A stretch of DNA of 64,000 nt. Origin: Carcharhinus amblyrhynchos (lineage: Eukaryota). The position numbers and the translations under genes are program-made. Numbering within the stretch: position 1 is the stretch's first letter; the number at the start of each line of letters is the position of its first letter. The notes beneath the pieces were generated by a model that saw nothing but the letters and a program-made list of their open reading frames with translations, ran no database searches and was not told the origin of the DNA. Below are positions 25,152 through 38,377 of the stretch, in pieces. Location of the stretch: contig OZ336871.1 in NCBI GenBank assembly GCA_965287045.1, positions 102,610,001-102,674,000 on the forward strand. The letters are read 5' to 3'.

Positions 25152-26560
25152 AGAACCATAGAACATTACAGCATAGAAACAGACCCTTTGGCCCTTCTTG
25201 GCTGTGTCAAACCATTTTTCTGTCCAGTCCCACTGACCTGTACCATATCCCTCCACACCCCTCTCATTCATGTATCTGTCCAACTTTTCTTAAATGTTAA
25301 AAGTGAGCCCGCATTTACCACTTCATCTGGCAGCTCATTCCACACTCCCACCACTCTCTATGTGAAGGGCCCCTCCCCAATATTCTCTTTAAACTTTTCC
25401 CCCTTCACTCTTAACCCAAGTCCTCTATTTTTTTTTCCCCCTAGCCTCAGTGGAAAAAATCTGCTTGCATTCACTCTATCTATACCCATCATTATTTTAT
25501 ACACCTCTATCAAATCTCCCCTCATTCTTCTACGCACCAGGGAATAAAGTCCGCACCTAGTCAATCTTTCTCTGTAACTCAGTTTCTCAAGTCCCGGCAA
25601 CATCCTTGTAAACCTTCTCTGCACTCTTTCAACCTTGTTAATATCCTTCCTGTAATTAGGTGACCAAAACTGCACACAATACTTTAAATTCGGCCTTACC
25701 AATGACTTATACAACCTCACATTAACATTCCAACTCTTATACTCAATACTTTGATTTATAAAGGCCAATGTTCCAAAAGCATTCTTTAAAACCCTATCTT
25801 CCTGTGACACTACTTATAGGAAATTATGCATCTGTATTCCCAAATCCCTCTGTTCTACTGCACTCTTCAGTGTCCTACCATTTACCAGGTATATTCTACC
25901 TTGGTTTGTCCTTCCGAAGTGCAAGATCTCACACTTGTCTGTGTTAAACTCCATTTGCCATTTTTCAGCCCATTTTTCTAGCTGGTTCAAATCCCTCTGC
26001 AAGCTTTGAAAACCTTCCTCACTGTCCACTACACCTCCAATCTTTGTATCATCAGCAAATTTGCTGATCCAATTTACCACATTATCATCCAGATCATTGA
26101 TATAGATGACAAACAACAATGGACCCAGCACTGATCCCTGTGGCACACCACTAGTCACAGGCCTCCACTCAGAGAAGCAATCCTCCATGACTACTCACTT
26201 GTTTCTTCCATTGGGCCCAATGTCTAATCCAATTTACTACCTCTCCATGTATGCCTAGTGACTGAATCTTCCTAACCAACCTCCCATGCGGGGCCTTGTC
26301 AAAGGCCTTAACGAAGTCCATGTAGACAACATCCACTGCCTTCCCTTCATCCACTTTCCTGGTACCCTCCTCGAAAAACTAATAGATTGGTTAAACATGA
26401 TCTACCACACACAAAGCCATGTTGACTCTCCCTAATAGGATCTACAAATACTTAGATGGACAGGAACTTATCTCTTAGTACTCCTTCCAATAATTTACCT
26501 ACTACTGCCATCAAGCTTAACGGCCTATAATTTCCGAGATTATTTTTTGAGCCTTTTTTA
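25152..26560 (-). mobile_element. 5'-truncated CR1 LINE inserted into older plus-strand CR1 remnants (~24330-25100, ~26570-27000)
   Basis: ORFs 26169-26354, 25814-26188, 25358-25810 with [14 protein letters not shown]; tail agaaccatagaacat. Confidence 0.9.
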
Positions 26561-27197
26561 AATATGCAAACAAATTCATATTTGAGTGGGAAGCAGAATA
26601 ATTATTGGGAATTTCAATAACCCCATATTTAATTGGTCAAAGGAGGAAGATAAAGAGGATTAAGAACTGAAATTCCAGCAATGTGCACAGAACTCTTTTC
26701 CAACCTCGTGTCTAAGAAGCTCAATTACAGAGGATTTGCTACTGGTTCTAGTAGTGGGGAACGAACTAAAACCACACTGAAAATGAAAAGGTCAGGGGAC
26801 ATAATGTCAGTTGTTCAAACACAACAGAGAAGGACAGCAGTATAGCAAAGATCACAATGATAGATTGGAAAAAAGTTGATTTTGAGATGTTGAGAATACA
26901 ACTTGGGAAAAATAAAAGTGTTAAACAGAACTCGGGAAGATATAATCCATTAAAAAGAGAACTAAGCACCAATGAAACATCAATGGGAAAAAGGAAAACA
27001 CTGAAGTTAAAGAAAAAGGCATAGACTAAGTGAATGGTGATCGCGACAAGGGGATCACGGGGATTAGAAGTTCAACATGGGCTTGTGGGCCAAATGGCTT
27101 CATTTTGTGCCATTAAGATTACTTCATAAAAACAATTTGGAAGACAAAGAAACTATAAAATTGATTTACCACGTAAAATAAAACAACATAGGAATTG

Positions 27198-27372
27198 TTT
27201 TAATTCATTCATGGAATATATGCTTTGCTGGCTGGCCAGCATTTATTGCTTATCCTTAATTGCCCTTGGAGGGCAATTGAGAGTCAACCACGTTGCTGTG
27301 GCTCTGAAGTCACACGTAGGTCAGATCAGGTAAGGACGGCAGATTTCTTTCCCTAAAGGACATTAGTGAACA
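27198..27372 (-). mobile_element. 5'-truncated SINE with Meta/MESC-like central domain and LINE tail
   Basis: minus strand gttcactaatgtcctttagggaaagaaatctgccgtccttacc...caattaaggataagcaataaatgctggcc...atgaatgaatt. Confidence 0.65.
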
Positions 27373-27789
27373 GTTCCACAGGAATATAGAACTAGTTCCA
27401 CAGGTATATCTAAAAAAAAGGAAATAGGGCCACTAAGGGATGCACAGGATAAAATGTCAAGCAGTGATAGCAAAACAGCAGGAATACTAAAGAACTATTT
27501 TACTTCAATAGTTATCAGTTGGACATAACATTACAAAATAAAATTAGAAATGAGATAACTTCATTTAAAAAAGGGGAGAAAAACTGTAGAGTACACAACT
27601 TTAATTATCCTAATATGGATGGGGATAGTAATGGTGAGGGGAAACAAGAGTTTCTGAATGGCATTCAGGAGAATTTTCAGGCCCAAAGAGGAATCTGGTT
27701 CTGGAAATGAGGGCGATCAAGTACACCAACTATCAGTAAGGAGTCATTTAGGGAAGTGATCATAACATTAATACAGCTAGAATACAGTA

Positions 27790-29105
27790 ATTACCTGACA
27801 GTGTGGAAAATTTCCCAGGTGCATCCTATCCATAAAGCAGAACAAATCGAATCTAGCCAATACTGCCCTCATCAGCCTCCACTCGATCATTAGCAAAGTG
27901 ATGGAAGGTGACATTGATAGTGCCATCAAGTGACACATACACAGTAATAACTGGTTCACTGATGTTCAGTTTGAGTTCTATCAGGGCCAGTCAGCTCCTG
28001 AACTCATTGCAGTCTTGTTCCAAATGGTGCACAAGAGCTGAACCCAAGTGGGGAAGGCAGAGGAGTGACTGTCCTTGACATGAAGGCAATATTTGACAAA
28101 GTGTGGTATCAAACAGCCCTGGCAAAATTGAAGTCAACGTGAACCAGGGGAAAACTCTTAGTTGGAATCTTATGTTCTTATCTTATGGCTGTGATTGCTG
28201 GAGGTCAGTCATTTCAATCCATCACTAAGAGTTTCTCAGGCGACTGTCCAACGTCCAACCATCACCAGTTGCTCCTTCAATGGCCGTTCTTTCATCATAA
28301 GGTCAGAAATGAGGAAGTTTGCTGATGAATGCATAATGTTCAACCCCATTCAAAACTGTTCAGATACCGAGACAATCCATGTGTGTATGCAGCAATACCT
28401 GGATAATATTCAGGTTTGGGCTCACAAGTACCAAGCAATATTCATGCCACACAAGTGCCAGGGACTGAGAATCTACAGTAAGACAGAATTAAATGTCTCC
28501 CTATGGCAATCAATGGCACTCCCATCACAGAATTCCCCTCTATCAACATCCGAATGGTTACCATTGACCAGAAACTGAACAAGCCATACAAATACTATGG
28601 CTATAGAAGATCAGAATTCTGAGGCATGTAACTTACCTCCTGATTTCCCAAAGCCTGTCCACCAACTACAAGGCACAAGTCAGGAAAGTAATGGAATTCT
28701 ACATTTGGTTGAAGGCAAAAATCTTGACATAATTTAGGACAAAGTACTCCACTTGATTGGCACCCAATCCACAAACACTTACCGGCAGCAGTTTGTACAA
28801 TATACAAGATGCTTATGTACTTCAATACCACCTTGCAATTCTGCGATCTCAACCCCTAGCACAAGAGCAGAAGACACATGGGAACACCACCACCTGCAGG
28901 TTCCTCTCCAAAGTGCACATCACATACAGAAGTATATCACCATTCCTTCACAGTCATTGAGTCAAAATCCTGTTACTCCCTTAACAGAACTGTGGGAATA
29001 CCCGGACCAGATGGACTACAAGTGGCACCTTCTCAAGAGCAATTAAGGATGGGCAACAAAAGCTGACCTGCCCAGCACTGTTCAAATCCCACGAAAGAAT
29101 AAAAA
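27790..29105 (+). mobile_element. degenerate CR1/L2-group LINE (RT to 3' end)
   Basis: YCPHQPPLDH/SIISKVMEG, LDMKAIFDKVW, KFADEC remnants; tail caattaaggatgggcaac...gaataaaa. Confidence 0.7.
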
Positions 29106-30734
29106 TGAATCACCCATGCATCTGATCCTAGTCCTTGTATAATCAGCTAATGAGAACAGTTTTTGTTCCACCTTGTTGAGTTTGTCATAATCATCATCAC
29201 TATCAAATCTCCCCTTAATTTCCTTTGTTCCCAGAACAACCCGAGCGTCCCCAACTTTAACTTCCACTTTAAAATCCCCATTCTGGTCAAGTACTATTGC
29301 ACCCATTCCAAGTGTCCTCAAATCCTTCCTAAAGTGCAGTGACCAGACTGGATGTAATATATTAACTGTGGCTTCACCAGTGCTTTCAGAAAATTCAGCA
29401 CGACTTCCTGCTTTTGTACTTGATACCACTGTTTAGAAAGCCGAAGATCCCTTACGCTTTGGGAAGTACTCTCTCAATATGACTTGGCACCTTTAATAAT
29501 CTTTGCACACAAATCCCCAAGACCTTCTGCCCATACTCTTTGGAAATGTGCAGTTATGTCACACTGTCTCTCCCTGTTCCTTCTTCATCACCTCACTTCT
29601 CTGTATTGAATTCCACCTGAAACTTGTCTGCCAATTCTGCTTGTCTACACCCCAGTAATGCATCACTGATTAGCAGACCTCTAAGTTTGGTATTGTCAGT
29701 AAATTTTGACATTTTACTCATATAAATGACTGCATTCTAATGGATTAAGTCATTCTTCTTAGTCAGTCCCTTGCAATCAAGGATGACATTCTTCCACTTG
29801 GGTTTATGGGTTCTGTGATGATCCAATGTGCAATCTGTAGACTCTGCCACGAGGCAGATAGTATTAGGAGGGTTGGGTGGATGAGATGTCTGGAGATTTG
29901 TGCACTCTCTCTGACACCTTAACTTTGTCTCTGTGCACTCCTGGTGAACTCTGTTGATGTGCTGTTGCCATCCCAAATGAACCTTCTCCACTTTCGTTGG
30001 TCATAAGCCAAGATCTCCCATGAGTTGGGGGGGATGTGTGACTTCCTCAGGAATGCTTTGCGAGATTAATAAGATCAGTGATCCCACACTTGGTGATGCT
30101 ATTTATACAGGTCAGGATCTTGAATGCCTTATTAACACACTTTCTGAATTTGCTCTGCCACCTTCAATGAGTTATGCACGTACACACTCAGGTTCCTCTG
30201 CTTTTGCACCCCTTTAAGAATGGCATCCATTATTTCATGTTCTCCTCATTCTTCCCACCAAAGTATAATCACTTTGAATATCTCTGCATTGAATATATTC
30301 TACCATATCTCCACCCCTACCACCAGCCTAAGTCGTTTGAAGTCTATCACGACCCTTCTGCATAGTTTGTAATACTTCCAAGTTTATTACCATAAGCAAA
30401 ATTTAAAATTGTGCCCTGCAAACCCAAGTCTTAAATACAGATCAGGAAAAGCAGTAGTCCCTAGTTCTGAGCCTTGGGAAGCTCACTGGTCTGCAAAGCA
30501 ATCATTCACCCCAATCTTTGGCCTCCTCCTATTTCTAATTTATATGCTACTTCTCGGTGACAACATCTGAAAACAGAGGTCAGTTTCTCAATGACATCGA
30601 CCTCTTTCTCCATTGTCTCTAAGTTGTCAGACTAGCAGTCTGACATCCAGTATTGAATGAGTAGAAATCTTCCCCAACTAAATGCTGGGGAGACCAAAGC
30701 CTCAGATCATCTGCTGCTGAAATCCTCTTCCATG

Positions 30735-31330
30735 CCATAAGACATAGGAACAGAATTAGGCCACTTGGTCCATCAAGTCTGCTCCGCCTTTCAATCATAG
30801 CTGATTTTTTTTTCTCATCCCCATTCTCCTGCCTTTTTCCCATAACCCCTGATCCCCTTATTAATCGAAAACCTATCTACCTCTGTCTTAAAGACACTCA
30901 ATGACCTGGCCTCCACAGCAAAGAGTTGCACAGATTCACCACCCTCTGGCTGAAGAAATTCTTCATCTCTGTTCTAAAGGATCACCCTTTAGCCTGACTT
31001 TGTGCCCTTTGGTTCTAGTTTTTCCTATTAGTGGAATGATCCTCTTCACGTCCACTCTATCCAGACCTCACGGTATCCTGTAAGTTTCAGTAAGATCCTC
31101 TTTTTATCCTTCTAAACTGCAATGAGTACAGACACAGAGTCCTCAACCGTTCCTCATATAACAAGCTCTTCATTCTGGGGATCATTTTTGTAAACCTCCC
31201 CTGAGCGCTTTCCAAGGCTAGCACATCCTTCCTTGGGTATGGGGCCCAAAACTGCTCACAATACTCCAAATGGAATCAGACCAGAGCCTTATACTGCCTC
31301 AGAACTACATCTCTGCTCTTGTACTCTAAC
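30735..31330 (-). mobile_element. CR1 3' fragment nested in an L2-like remnant
   Basis: EYCEQFWAPY..RFTKMIP; tail cataagacatagg. Confidence 0.75.
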
Positions 31331-32072
31331 CCTTTTGCTTTTATTACTTCTACCCTTGGTTCTTCGAATGTATGCCTGGCTGGCCTTCCACGTTCTACCT
31401 TCTGTAAACTTGAGGTCATTCAAAGCTCCACTCCCCTCCTTTTCCTTGCACCAAATTCTGTTCATTCATCACTCCTACAATAACTAATCTACTTTGGTCC
31501 CCAGTTAATTAAATAATACCTTAATTTTAATCCTGGTTTTAAATTCTTCCATTGTCCCTCCCTATCGTTAATTTCCTCAAGGCCTATATCCTTCCCAGAT
31601 ATCTCGAGCACTCAGCTTTCATCACGCCAGCATGAACAGCCATAGCCCAACACTGCCTCTCTTTCTTCAAGATGTTCCTTACAACCTATTTCTTGTCATC
31701 TACTTTAATATCTCATTATGTGGATCAGTGTCAAGTGTTGCTTTATAATACTCCTATAAAGCACCCCAAGATATTTACTATGCACTATGTAGACAAGTTG
31801 CTGCAATTTAAAAATTGCTACCATTATGTTCCCCACCTGGCTCAATTGATAACTTTGTTGCCCAAGTCAGATGCTTGTGCCCTTCATTACTGAATTAAGA
31901 GCACATAATTTGGGCAGCTAGGTCAGTACAGAGCTGAATAAATGCTCAGTTGCTTCGTTTCAGGTAATATATTAGACCATAGCCCCATGTCTCCAGTTAG
32001 ATACAATGCAAATAAAACCAATGGCAAAAGATATTGGCCAACACCAAACTCTCAACCAACCTGAAAACAGGT

Positions 32073-32220
32073 TAAAACAGAAAATGCTGGATAAACTCAG
32101 CAGGTCTGGCAGCATCTGTGGAGAGAAACAGACCCTTCTATAGAACTGAAGTAAAAATGTGAAAAACTATGTAGTTGAAAAGGGGGTGAAGGAAGTGGGC
32201 AGAATAGAAGAACGGGTTAA
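32073..32220 (-). mobile_element. PLE family B terminal fragment inside a Deu-domain SINE remnant (~31830-32360)
   Basis: aaaacagaaaatgctggataaactcagcaggtctggcagcatctgtggagag, homologous to the arm of 5031-5260. Confidence 0.55.
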
Positions 32221-33205
32221 CAGGCTATTTATATCATTGCCATTTGACAGAATCTGCCATGTACAAACTTGGCTGTCTTTGTCCATCCAAGTGCCTGCGC
32301 TTCAAAATAGTCTATTTGTAGTTGCTGAACAGCTTTGGGACCTCCCAAGGATGTAAATGTGTATCACTTTCCTTTATGAGTATAAACACTTATAACAATA
32401 TGATTCTTAATTATTTATGAGCAGGACTCAATACTCAAAAATAAATATTCTACATTATTATGCTCAATATGCATGAAATGCATGGCCCAATTATTCACCA
32501 GAACAATGCTCCTTCTGAAATGGTACCTGATGTCTGAAATTAAAAAGTGCATTTTATTTTAAACGCAACCCCACCTTAATTGCACCCATCATCAAACTGA
32601 GCCAGGAAAACTGAATAGGAGGATGCCCTTTACTGGCATTGCAAACTGACAGTCCCTCAAAGTTCTCCTTCCAACCCGTCCATGACACCAGCATCTCTTT
32701 CCTCTGCTCAGCTGTGCTGATGTCATTTGAAACATAGGGCGAATTACCACTCTAAACTCACTTGCTTGAATGGTGCAGTGAGTTAGACAAAGTTGCGTCA
32801 GTACTTCTAGTGTTTTAAAAATGAAAAAGACCTACATTATTCTTTCTGTTAAATGGTCCTAGAAAGGATAGATATCTGGAAAGAAGTTTACATCCAATCT
32901 AATTAAGAGCTTCAGACGAACAAGCTAGAATTCTATGTAATTTACACATGTCAAGAGAGCTGAGATCAAATGATCTTGCGCAACCTTTGATGACTGTAGT
33001 GGAATGTCTAGGCCAAGCTACAACTCACTTTCTATACTTAAGGATATTTTGTGTAAGCAATCTAAAAACACTTGTGTGCCAGGCGCATTCAAAAGTTAAG
33101 TTACAACCACAAACTAAAATATACTACATTGGAAATATATATAATCAATACATCATGTGGCTGGCACCCAAAATGCTTTTCTTTAGAGGTTTAACATATT
33201 GATTT

Positions 33206-33684
33206 TAAGAACTTAGAACATAAGAAATAGGAGCAGGAATAGGCCATCTAGCCCTTCGAGCCTGCCCCGCCATTCAATAAGATCATGGCTGATCTGTCGT
33301 GGCTCAGTTCCACACTCCCACCCTCTCCCCATAACCCTTAATCCCCTCGCTTATCAAAAACCCATCAACCCGCGTCTTAAAAATATTTAGCGAGGCAGCC
33401 TCCACCACCTCAATGGGCAGAGAATTCCAGAGATTCACCACCCTTTGAGTGAAGAAGTTCCTCCTCAACTCCGTTCTAAACCGCCTCCCCTTTATCTTGA
33501 GGCTGTGCCCCCTAGTCCTACTGTCTTTTCTGAGCGGGAAGAGTCTCTCCACCTCTATCCTATCCATCCCATTCATCATCTTATATGTCTCAATGAGATC
33601 TCCCCTCATTCTTCTAAACTCTAACGAGTACAAGCCTAGTTTATTCAGCCTCTCCTCATAGCTCAACCCCCTCAACTCCGGTAT
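33206..33684 (-). mobile_element. young CR1 3' fragment (copy B), same family as 5930-8260
   Basis: IPELRGLSYEERLNKL...KGYGERVGVWN, 3'UTR and tail nearly identical to 7781-8260. Confidence 0.92.
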
Positions 33685-35458
33685 AAGAACATAAGAAATA
33701 GGAGCAGGAGTAGGCCATCTGGCCCTTCGAGCCTGCCCCGCCATTCAATAAGATCATGGCTGATCTGTCGTGGCTCAGTTCCACATTCCCGCCCTCTCCC
33801 CATAACCCTTAATCCCCTTGCTTATCAAAAACCCATCAACCCGCGTCTTAAAAATATTTAGCGAGGTAGCCTCCACCACTTCAACGGGCAGAGAATTCCA
33901 GAGATTCACCACCCTTTGAGTGAAGAAGTTCTTCCTCAACTCCGTTCTAAACCGCACCCCCTTTATCTTGAGGCTTTGCCCCCTAGTCCTACTGTCCTTT
34001 CTGAGCGGGAAGAGTCTCTCCACCTCTATCCTATCCATCCCATTCATCATCTTATACGTCTCAATGAGATCTAAACGAGTACAAGCCTAGTTTATTCAGC
34101 CTCCCCTCATAGCTCAACCCCCTCAACTCCGGCATCAGCCTAGTAAACCTCCTCTGCACTCCCTCCAAGGCCAAAATATCCTTGCGTAAGTACTGCGCCC
34201 AAAACTGCACACAGTACTCCAGCTGCGGCCTCACCAATGCCCTATACAGCTGCAGCAAGACCTCCCTACTTTTATATTCAATCCCCCTCGCTATGAAGGC
34301 CAGCATCCCATTCGCCTTCCTGACCACCTGCTGGCTGGGTTTTTGCGACTCATGCACAAGGACCCCAAGGTCCCTCTGCACCGTCGCCTGCTGCAGTTTT
34401 TCGCCACGTAAGTAATAGTCTTTCCTACCATTATTCCTACCACACCTCACACTTGCCAACATTAAATTCCATTTGCCGTTTCCTGGCCCATTCACCCAGC
34501 CTATCTAGATCCTTCTGCAGACTCTCCACACCCTCCGCGCAATTTGCCATTCCACCAATCTTGGTGTCATCAGCAAATTTCGACACCCTACACTCGGTTC
34601 CCTCCTCCAGATCATCTATATAAATGGTAAGTAGCTGAGGCCCCAGCACCGACCCCTGGGGTACTCCACTAGTCACCAACCGCCAATCCGAATAGCACCC
34701 ATTAACCCCCACTCTCTGCCTTCTATTTGACAACCAATCCTCTATCCACGCTAGCACCCTACCCCCAACTCCATGCCCCCTTACCTTCTGCAATAACCTC
34801 TTGTGAGGTACCTTGTCAAATGCCTTCTGAAAATCAAGAAAGACCACAACCACCGGCTCTCCTCTATCCACCGCCCTAGGCACATCCTCATAGAACTCCA
34901 GTAAATTTGTCAGACACGACTTCCCCTTAACGAAACCGTGCTGCGTCTGCTCTATCAAGCAATTCCCCTCAAGATGCCTCGCTATTTCCTCCTTGATGAC
35001 GGATTCTAACATTTTACCTACAACAGACGTTAAACTAACCGGCCTATAATTCCCTGCCTTATGCCTGGCACCCTTCTTAAACAACGGCATAACATTAGCC
35101 GCTTTCCAATCTTCCGGCACTTCCCCGGAATCCAGCGACGTTTGGAAAATAACCACCAAGGCATCCACTATCACCTCCGCCATTTCTTTCAGAACTCTTG
35201 GATGCATTCCATCCGATCCTGGGGACTTGTCCACAATCAGTCCCACCAGCCTGTCAAGCACCGCCTCTCTAGTAACAATAATGTCATCAAGACCCTCTAG
35301 TCCTACCATCTTTCCATCGCTAACACCCGGCAAATTATTCACGTCTTCCTCCGTGAAGACCGAAACAAAAAGTTATTCAAGGCCTCAGCCATTTCCCCAT
35401 CCCCTACCACTAAGTCCCCCCTCTCATCCTCTAAGGGTCCAATGTTCACCCTAGCCAG
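33683..35458 (-). mobile_element. young 5'-truncated CR1 (copy A), same family as 5930-8260, with a few small deletions
   Basis: ORFs 34437-35342, 34061-34495, 33775-34050 near-identical to 5945-8161; own tail abuts copy B. Confidence 0.95.
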
Positions 35459-35658
35459 TACTTCAGCATACACAATGAAAACTAATCTCAGTAGAAATTC
35501 TGAAATTGCACTATATGTCAGGAGAAAGAAAATTCTTGAATTTTCATTTACTACAATTCTTCTAGCAACCATTACGAAGTATTGGAGCAACATATGAAAA
35601 TAAAAATTGGAGACTTTCATCCAAAAAGAGTTGCAAACGCAATTTCATGATGGAACTG

Positions 35659-35997
35659 ATCATATCATAGAACCCTACAGTGCAGAAAGAGGCCCTTCGG
35701 CCCACTGAATCTACACAAACACAAACCCACCCAGGCTGACCCCCTTATCCCCACATATTTTACCCGCTAACCTATGTTTCTCAGAACATTAAGGGGCAAT
35801 TTTTTGTTTAGCATGGCCAATCAACCTAACCCGCACATCTTTGGACTTTGGGAGGAAAACGGAGTACCCAGAGGAAACACACGCAGACATGAGGAGAATG
35901 TGCAAACTCCACACAGATAGCAACCCAAGCCAGGAATCAAACCCAGGTCCCTGGAGCTGTGAAGCAGCAGTGCTAACCAGTGTGCTACCACGCTGCC
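35659..35997 (-). mobile_element. HE1-like SINE, full length
   Basis: minus strand ggcagcgtggtagcacactggttagcactgctgcttcac head, V-domain, ttctatga tail. Confidence 0.85.
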
Positions 35998-36661
35998 TGA
36001 TCATATGCAGAAGCTTAAAAATATGCGTGCTTACTTAACTACGAAATGGTTTCTTAACTAAAAGAAATGGTTTGGAAAAAAAACTCATTCCCATATTATT
36101 ACCAAATCTTGCAAAGCTGCTTGATATCCCACCCTGTTGCAAAATAAGTTACTGTTTTGTTTTCCGACAGCTCTACAAAAAAAAAGGCAAATGGAGGTTG
36201 AGCTACTTCGATTACTCTGGGTAATCTACATACCAAGTCATAATTTTGCTTTATTTTGTGTAGAGCACAGTTCCTTTGTGTCCAAGTGATGTGGCTAAGA
36301 GAACCATTGATTATATGATTCTATTAATCTTTTTGGTCCCAAAGGTGGCAGATGATGGGAAGCTGGTTTGGTGAGAGAGGGAATGCAAATGTCATGTAGC
36401 CTTGACTTGCAACCTTGTACCCGAGGCGTCATAAAGCAACCTTGGTTGAAATAGAATCCCCACAATGCAGGAGGCAGCCATTCAGCACATCAAGCTTTCA
36501 CCGACAACAATCCCACCCATGCCCCTTAACCCCATGTATTTTCCCTGTTAGTCCCCTGGTGCTAAAGGGGCAATTGAACATTGGCAATCAACTGAACCAG
36601 CGCATCTTTGGAGGAAATTTAAAGCCTTTACCAGATTTCCTAAACTGGTTGTTGAAAGGGA

Positions 36662-36800
36662 GTAAGAAGTCTGACAACACCAGGTTTAAGTCCAACCAAT
36701 TTATTTGATATTTGACTATCAAATAAATCGGTTGGACTTAAACCTGGTGTTGTCAGACTTCTTACTGTGTTTACCCCAGTCCAACGCCGGCATCTCCACA
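36662..36800 (+). mobile_element. minimal PLE-derived fold-back element (family A)
   Basis: 50-bp arms 36661-36710/36717-36766 (1 mismatch), 34-nt tail, TSD TGTTGAAAGGGA at 36650-36661 and 36801-36812. Confidence 0.85.
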
Positions 36801-37349
36801 TGTTGAAAGGGAAGCATAGGCTTGATTATTATTTCTCATTTTATTTCCTGTAGGAAAGCACATTAATGCTCTGCTAGGGGAAGCAGAAATATTATGGGAA
36901 AAAACTATAAAAACGATGAATTATTCATCAGATCAGACACATTCACCATATAACCAACCCATCCACATACACCATGCACCAGCTGGTCAGCTATATTCAG
37001 TACATTGTAATTCCATCAGATATACAGCATTCAACAGCAGCTCAGTCACATTAACAGTGCTATCTATCCAGGGATTATTTATTGTTATAAATATGTTAGA
37101 TTTAACATGGCGAAAAAGACACACAAATAGGAAGGGAAGCACAAATTTGAAACAAAATGGTCACATACAGTTCTAAACATTCCATCAAGGACATTTTGAG
37201 CCAACTAATGGAGTGGAAAAAAACATTACAATGGATTATTCTGAAGTTCACTCCAAGTGCTCATCACACATCATGATCAATAATTAACAAATAGTCTGAG
37301 GTTTTTAAATAACCAATTTGAGCACATGATTTCCCTTTGTGTCAAGGTT

Positions 37350-38377
37350 TAGAACAAAGAACAGTACAGGAACAGGCCCTTCAGCCCTCCAGGCATATTG
37401 TCCTATCTAGACCAACCGCTTATATCCCTCTATTCCCCGTCTGTTCACACGTCTATCCAGATAAGTCTTCAATGTTGCTAACGTATTTGCCTTAACCACC
37501 TCGTGTGGCAGTACGTTCCAGGCTCCCACCATCCTCTGTGTAAAAAAACTTACCCTGCACATCTCCACTGACCTTTCCCCCCTTAACTTGAACTTGTGCC
37601 CCCTTGTAATTGTCATTTCTGCCCTGGGAAAAAGCATCCAACTGTTTACCTATCCATACCCCTCAATTTTATAAACTTCTATCAAGTCGCCCCTCAGCCT
37701 CTGTCTTTCCAGGGAGAACAATCCTGTTTATTCAATTTCTCCTCATAGCTAATACCCCCCATAACAGGCAAAATCCTGGTAAACCTTTTCTGTACTGTCA
37801 CCAAAACCTTCTGGTAACGTGGTGACCAAAATTGGACACAGTATATCAAATGTTGTCTAACCAATGTTTTATATAACTGTAACATAATTGCCAACTTCCA
37901 TGCTAGAAGCCCCGTCTTATGAAGGCAAACATGCCATGTTTTCTTCACCACCTTTTCCACTTATGCTGCCACTCTTAAGGATCTGTGGACCTGTACTCCC
38001 AGGTGTGTCTATACTCCTGATGGTTCTGCCATTTATTTTATAGCTCCCATTTGAATTGGATCTACAAAACGTCTCAGCTCACATTTGCCCAAATTAAATT
38101 CCATCTGCCATTTCTCTGCCCAATTTTCCAGCCTATCTATATCCTGCTGTATTCTCAGACAAACTTCATCACTGTCTGCAATTCTGCCAATCTTAGCATC
38201 ATCCACAAACTTGCCAATCAAACCAGCTATGTTTTCTTCCAAGTCATTTACATATATTACAAACAGCAAAGGTCCCAGCACCGATCCCTGCGGAACACTG
38301 GTTACAGACCTCCGTTCAGAAAAACACCTTTCCACCACTACTCTCTGTCTTCTATGGCAAAGCCAGTTCTGAATCCA
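37350..38377 (-). mobile_element. degenerate CR1 LINE
   Basis: [32 protein letters not shown]; tail agaacaaagaacag. Confidence 0.85.
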
